A stretch of DNA of 63,434 bases, filler included. It is 16 parts of 16 records of this genome, joined end to end, with 100 filler letters (N's around TTAATTAATTAA, not from the genome) between each part and the next. Parts side by side here need not be neighbours in the genome. Positions count along the whole stretch, not along the records: positions 56,335 to 59,633 come from SRR15195285_19710; positions 59,734 to 63,434 come from SRR15195285_19748; 14 more parts are not named here. One strand, written 5' to 3'. Below the pieces are notes generated by a model, which had not been told where the DNA came from, did no database searches, and saw nothing but the letters and a program-made list of their open reading frames with translations. This document shows positions 57,396-63,434 of the stretch, piece by piece. Within the stretch, counting starts at the first letter, position 1; each line of letters starts with the position of its first letter. The translations under genes and the position numbers were made by a program.

Positions 57396-59633
57396 TCAGA
57401 TGATTGCGGTCACCTCTTCTTTGAGGACCCTTTTCATCACGAGGATAAAAACATCCAACGTCTCTGCCTCGCTGACTGCATCGAGATCAACGTTGACCGC
57501 CCGTGCTTCCGCACTGGAATCCTCTTCCAATATCCGTGACATGAAACTGCGCCTGCGTTTGCCGTCCTCTCGACGCTCATCCGGCGTCGCTCGCTGCTTT
57601 GAACGATACCTCGATATCGACTTCTGCCACCATTCGACCAGACGCAGTTTTATCACCTCGCCCACTGCTTCCGTCAATAGCGGCAGATCGGCCATATCTG
57701 CGACGCCTACGCGTTCGCCCTCTGCCTGCAGCTTCTGGTGATGCCGTGCGCGCCATTGTTCCACTCTCCTCGAGTCCGTGCGCCACGCCCGTGCTGCAAT
57801 TCGACAGCGTGAACCAAAGCAATTCAGTGCATATACAGGCGGATGCAGACTCATAATCACCGTAGTATCACCTTGGATGGTTAGGCATATCACTCACGTA
57901 GCTCTTTGGACAGCCTTGCTATCATCTGTTGATAAATGAAGCGCTCTGCCGCAGTCCGGACGATGGGAGCTGAAGGGCTGTCCTGCAGTGTTTCGAACTC
58001 CACGTTGAGACCGAGGTAACCATACATGCGGTGCAGCCGGCGAACGGCAGCCTGTTCCGCCGTCCTTCGTATCTCAAATATGAGCTCGGTAACCGACGGT
58101 GGGCGGCCGAAGGGCAACGGTGGCCACGTCGCCTTGCGTTGTTTCTCCTCCGCTGACTTCTGCTCCGCGTCTGACTGTGAAACCACAGAAGCTGTACCGT
58201 TCGTGAATTCACCTGAGACAGCACTTTGGTCCGTTTCCGACTGTGGCTGCACTACTCGGATGATTATATCCAGCTCCGTAAATTCGTGAGCTCCTTCCTC
58301 GAGACCCTGGCACTGTATCGTGAACTCCGTCCCAGGGCTTAGAAGTGCGTAATCGGTCTCCTTGTGGTTCCCACGGAAGCGAAGTGTAGCATGGCGAAGT
58401 GTCGCTCCACCACCCGCGCAGGTCTTTGGGTCATTCTCACGATCGCGTACATGGAGGCGGCCACCCGGAAGCGATACCAAATTGCTCTCCCCCATTGCTC
58501 TCCGATCAAGTAGCGTTGCGTCGTTGAGGTCGAGCAGCTCATCTGGCGAAGCACTGATTCGCCACCAGATCTGCATATTTCTGTGTGGGTTGCGCTGGTG
58601 GTACGCCGCCTGTGGATCATCTTCCTCTCCAATCAGATCGTTCTGAAAAACAGGATTTCCTACACTGTGTCGGCGGGACTTTAACGCCGCTCCATCCATT
58701 TTATCGTGGCCCCGCCGTGGGTCCGCTGCATCACCGTCGCTGCTGCCAGTCCCGCCATCGATGGAAGTGCCCGGCTGCGATTCGCCGTCACTGTTATCAA
58801 CATCGATAGGAGCGTCAAAGGCCTTGCGACGCAGTTGTTTGCTCTGTGAAGACAGATGGGCAGCATGCAGAGACTCCAACAAGCCCAAGATCGACGAGTT
58901 GTATGGGTCGGTTGAAAGTAGCTGGCCCAGGGCGTGGCATGCCGTAGCCACCGGTTGCGCTGAAGTCTGCACTTTCGCGTCTTTCAACTCCGCAACAGCA
59001 CCTAGCACTTGATTTACAAATGCCTGCGTTCCGCCGACGTGCGACGTAACCGATGAAGGCGTAGTCCGAGCAGGGGTAGTAATTCCTGGCATGTTCATGT
59101 AGTGCTGTACCAGCTCAATTGCCTCTGGCAGCTGATGGCTGTGTACGTGCCCGGCAGCCAGTCGCACACACTCTTCCCGTGTGCGGTCATAATGCCCTAC
59201 AATTGACCTCCGTTGATGCAGCTCCAAACGTTCGTCGTACTGCTCTTGCTCTGCGGCGTTGTGTGGCTCAAGTTTGAGACTTGGGGTGGAGTTTGAGGCC
59301 CCAAGCAGGCTATTGCCTGTACTATGTATAGCATTCTGCAGCTGCACGCTGCTCATACTGACGGATCGAGCGCTAGATGTGGCGATCTCACGCTCCCGAG
59401 TGAGCTCGAGTTCGCTGTCATTCAGGCTCAACCGCTCTGAGCCCGTGGCCACAGATTGGCCTCCCGCATCCTCTGCGGACGAGAAACTGGGCTCTGCCAG
59501 CCGTAGTATAAGCGAATGATCGGTTTGTGCCTGCTGTTCATCCTTCTCAATGAAGGAATTCAGCCGCTCAGCCCATAACTTACAAATCGCCTCCGGCGTT
59601 TCTGCGAATTGTGTTGTGGCATCAATAACAGGA
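57396..59633 (-). CDS. Hypothetical protein, 5' truncated, probably 2 or more exons
   Basis: An ORF of 520+ aa open toward the contig end plus a downstream coding-like exon; no family recognised. Confidence 0.55.
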
Positions 59634-59733
59634 NNNNNNNNNNNNNNNNNNNNNNNNNNNNNNNNNNNNNNNNNNNNTTAATTAATTAANNNNNNNNNNN
59701 NNNNNNNNNNNNNNNNNNNNNNNNNNNNNNNNN

Positions 59734-62700
59734 ACAGCAACAGCAACAGCAACAGCAACAGCCCGTGGCATCAAAACCACAACGGCAACCGCAGTCGCAA
59801 GCAGAACGGCTCAGACTACCACTACCGGAGCCAGAGACACAGTGGATGCCACAAAGCGGACTTCCAGAAGGTAATCCAGTTGTTGCACAGCCGATAAAGT
59901 GGAAAAAGCAACCGAAGAGAACTCCTAATGCTCATCCCGCGGCAGATATCCACAAGGCCCCTCGCGCAGCCAATGCAGCAGGTGGTGACTCTGTTCCTAG
60001 TATTGAAAGTCCAGTGCAGGAAGCAGTGACAGGACCTGAATTTAGCGCCGACGCTCAATCTGCTTGTGCTGCAGATGGATCCCAACAGCAGCTGACAAGT
60101 ACATCATGGGATTCAGAGCAGGCGGAACATAAGACACCCGTGGCAAGTCCGATGCTGCACGTGTGCGAGGCACCAGACAAGAAAATGCCGGACACGCAAG
60201 AAGAAAGTTTGGCGTCACCATCCGAGCAGACGCAGCTGGAGCATTTGTATCAATCATGGAAGTTTAGCACTCTCATCCGCAGAGCTCGAGCATTGATGGA
60301 CGAAGATGAGGTCCTAGCAGCACAGGACAATGATCGTCCTCGCGATGCGGTTCAAAACCTGCTAATCAGTTGGCAGTTGGATGCAAAAGTGAGCACGCTA
60401 ATTCGCCACGCACGCTCGCTAGGTGTGGATGAAGACGCTATTCTGGACGCACACGATGATGATATTCCTAAGTTTGCACTGACGACGCTGATAATTGATG
60501 CAAAAAGTGGAAAACGGAAAGATGAGTCAGCGACTTCGACCATGCAAACGCCCGATGCAATCGATTCAGAGCTTCCGCAACCAATTGTACAGCCATTCTG
60601 CAACAGCTCTGAGCGTGGAAATTCAGAGGAGGTAGAGGTGTCCATGTCCTTGCAACGCAAAACAAACGTTGAGACTATTCATGCTTCGTTGGACGTGGAG
60701 TCAACGCGGTGTTCACTATGTCAAGGTCTCCTCGTTCGTCCGAAGTTGCTCCCATGTCTGCACAGCTTCTGCTGTAGCTGTCTTCAAGGGCATTATACAA
60801 CCATGAATACGAAACGGCGCAACACCACGAACATGATTGCGTGCCCACAATGCAACTCTACCAGCGCTCTCAGTGGTGGCGGCGTTGCGGCCCTACCGTC
60901 AAATTATTGGGCAGAGCAACTCCAGAAGGGTGTACATACTGCTGTCGGATCACCAGAAGAACATATAGAGCATTGTGAAGAGCACAGGGACGCCCTCACT
61001 CTGTTCTGTGAAGACTGTGACAAGCCAGTCTGCCGTGACTGTGTACTCAACTCACATTCGAGCCACAAGTACACCTCTGTTGTAGACGCCCGTGCCTTGC
61101 ATGCAGCTCGGATCGAAAAGCAGCTAGAAAGCACTGTTCGCAGGGGTGCTGCAGATGCCGAGCGCGCAGTTTTGGCTTGCACGACGGTGCGAAACCTTGT
61201 TGCTGAACGTACACAGCAGGTGGTACAGGAGGTTGACTTCTTTATAGAGGCACAGATTGAAGAGCTGCATATGCGTAGGCGAGAGCTGGTACAGCAAGCA
61301 ATGTCGCTGCAGCAGCAAAAGCTTGGAGCCCTTGACGCTCAGTGCACAGCGCTGTCATCAGATTGCAAAATTCTCTGCAGCGTAGCGCACTTCGTCGACA
61401 AGGCAATTCGTTACAGTCATGGGGCAGAGCTCCTGTCCATTCGCTCCTTGATCACAGATAGAATGCAGGAGTGCATGGCCAACACGACCCCTTTCGAGCC
61501 AGTAGAGGACGCATCTACACACTTTGTTGAACCATCGAGGCTGACTGAAGCAATCCGTACCGCGGGAGTTGTGCACGACCGGGCCGGTTATCCTCCCAAC
61601 TGCTTTGCTCGTGGTGACGGATTGAGTCAAGCGGTGTGTGGAGAAAAGGCTCACTTCGAAGTCGTTAGCGTGGACAGGTCAAGTGTCCGACGCACAGAAG
61701 GCGGCGACGCATTCTTGGTCCGTGTGATGATGGTACAGTCTCAGTCCAGTCATGAGCACAGCAACGAGACTGAGTCGAGTGGATCGGTTGTAGACTGTGG
61801 CGACGGTCGGTACATCGTGACCTACAAGCCACAATGTGTGGGACCTTACCAGGTCGCAGTAAGGCTGCGCGGTGAGCACATCAGTGGATCTCCTTTCAGC
61901 GTTGGTGTGATTGCCAAGAGTTTTCCACCTGGCCTACGGCTCTCAGACCTCGGCAGCGGTTCTGATGGGACTCTCATCGTCACAAGAGCCATGGTATTGA
62001 GCGAAATTTCAAGACAGTATGTTGATGTGATTGTTAAGCAAGGGGGCACACTCACATGCCATCGATGGGGTGGAGAAGCACGGTTTAGCAGCAGCAGTGG
62101 CGGTGGGGGCAAGCTTGAGTTGCGATGCCGTGGTCGTGTTGTGGTAGAGCGTGGCGGTGTGATCGACGTGTCCAGGTGCGGATATCAAGGGGGTGCTGCA
62201 CTTGGAGCATCACGTTCGCAGGCAGGAGGCCACTTCACATCGAGCGAGAACTACGGCCAGCAGGGGGAGTCATTAGTGGGAGTTGGGCGTGGCTGGCGCG
62301 ATTCAAATGGTGGTGGCGGCGGCGGCGGTGCAAGCAATCCGCTGTTCGGAAGCGTTGGAGGTGGCGGAGGTGGCTACGGCAGTGTAGGGGAAGATGGAAC
62401 TGTACTGCACAGCAATGGCACTGAGTATGACGGTGGGCGCGGTGGCCAGGTGACCGGCAGCTCACAGCTCGACCCCCCTCTTCTTGGCAACGGTGGTGGG
62501 TCTGGTACGGGAATTGCCGGCACAGGTGTCTCGCGGCCAGGTCGCGGTGGATCTGGCGGAGGCGTCTTGGTCATCGTCTGCCGTGAGCTTGTTGTACAAA
62601 GCGGTGGCGTTATTCGCGCTGATGGAGAGGATGGTGAGGGAGGCACAGCCCCGATGGATTCCGGCGGCGGCGGAGGTAGCGGTGGGAGCATTCTAATATG

Positions 62701-63022
62701 TGCAGGCGAATTGCATGCAGCCACTGGCTCGGTAGTCACCGCTCGGGGAGGACGCGGCGGACCGCCTGGCCACTTGAACACTCTAGACGCAAAAATATCG
62801 CCGGCGTTCAGTACAGCCGGGGGTTGCGGTGGAGTCGGTCGCATCCATGCGTTGGTTGCGGCTGGGGGGTTTCAAGGAGAGGTATTGCCGCAGCCGTTGC
62901 TGACGAATGCTCCACAGCCTCGAGTGATCGAGCGTGCAGCTGCGACGAACATGCAATTGCCAGCCCACGGCCTGGAGCAGCAGCCGTTTACAAGAGCACA
63001 CGGCACAATCGCGCTAGAGTAG
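59734..63022 (+). CDS. TRIM-like E3 ligase: RING, B-box, coiled coil, filamin repeat and glycine-rich C-terminal domain; probably 5' truncated
   Basis: RING CSLC...PKLLPCLHSFCCSC...CPQC; B-box CEEH...LFCEDCDKPVCRDC...H..H; filamin GDGL..A..GE.A.F.V...RRTEGGD.F.V...D.GDGRY.V.Y.P...G.Y.V.V...HISGSPF.V. Confidence 0.88.
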
Positions 63023-63434
63023 GGCAGCAACAAAATGCACCCAAATATCTTTCTATGATAATGTTTTACCAACATCAACAGTGGCATCTTAACAACTGCG
63101 TCTTGCCTCACCTTCCTGTACTTCTGCTGCGTGGTCCGACCCGCAGAGCTGGCTTTTCAGCAAACGGACCCTTCGCTGCACTCATTGTCCCTCCACCCAA
63201 CGCCATCGTTGCTGGTGTCAGAGCAAGTCGAGCACCCTCTTCCGCATTGCCGCCGAGGTCCACTGAGCTAAGAACGCGCATCTCAAACTTTGTGTTCTTT
63301 CCCAGCCCACTTGTGCTTCTGCTTCTCGGTGTGATGTGCGGAATAATCAGCAAAGTACCACCCCCAGCACCATTCTCTGCTCGATCATGGCATTCCCAGC
63401 CGCTGGGTAAGGTGACACTGACTTCAAGTGCTGA

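Overview
This window is not one continuous locus. It is 16 short, unlinked contigs (about 3-6 kb each) joined by artificial 100-nt spacers (N44-TTAATTAATTAA-N44). The DNA is from a GC-rich eukaryote with short GT-AG introns, most plausibly a heterotrophic marine protist SAG or MAG. A plant-type TDY MAPK and pervasive EPEPEP tracts would fit Picozoa, but that is inference. Recognisable genes include a TPR protein, a GH16 glucanase, a TDY-type MAPK, an FGE/SUMF1-domain protein, an AFG2/SPATA5 AAA ATPase, an MRG15/Eaf3-like multidomain chromatin protein, an EF-hand anoctamin, a DUF5054/GH38-like hydrolase, a GH59 galactocerebrosidase, a RhoGAP, a GH27 alpha-galactosidase, EGF-repeat proteins, an iduronate-sulfatase-like enzyme and a TRIM-filamin protein. 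The most striking object is contig 12155-15224. It is bounded end to end by 87-nt terminal inverted repeats (TGT...ACA) and holds one intronless ORF of about 868 aa with Tudor/PWWP-like and Cys/His motifs but no recognisable transposase. Other notable signals are a 73-nt near-perfect foldback (55726-55798), non-coding DNA dense in micro-palindromes (recurrent TAGATCTA), a giant-virus-like pseudokinase and several unusual domain architectures. All family assignments come from reading motifs by eye; no database searches were run.
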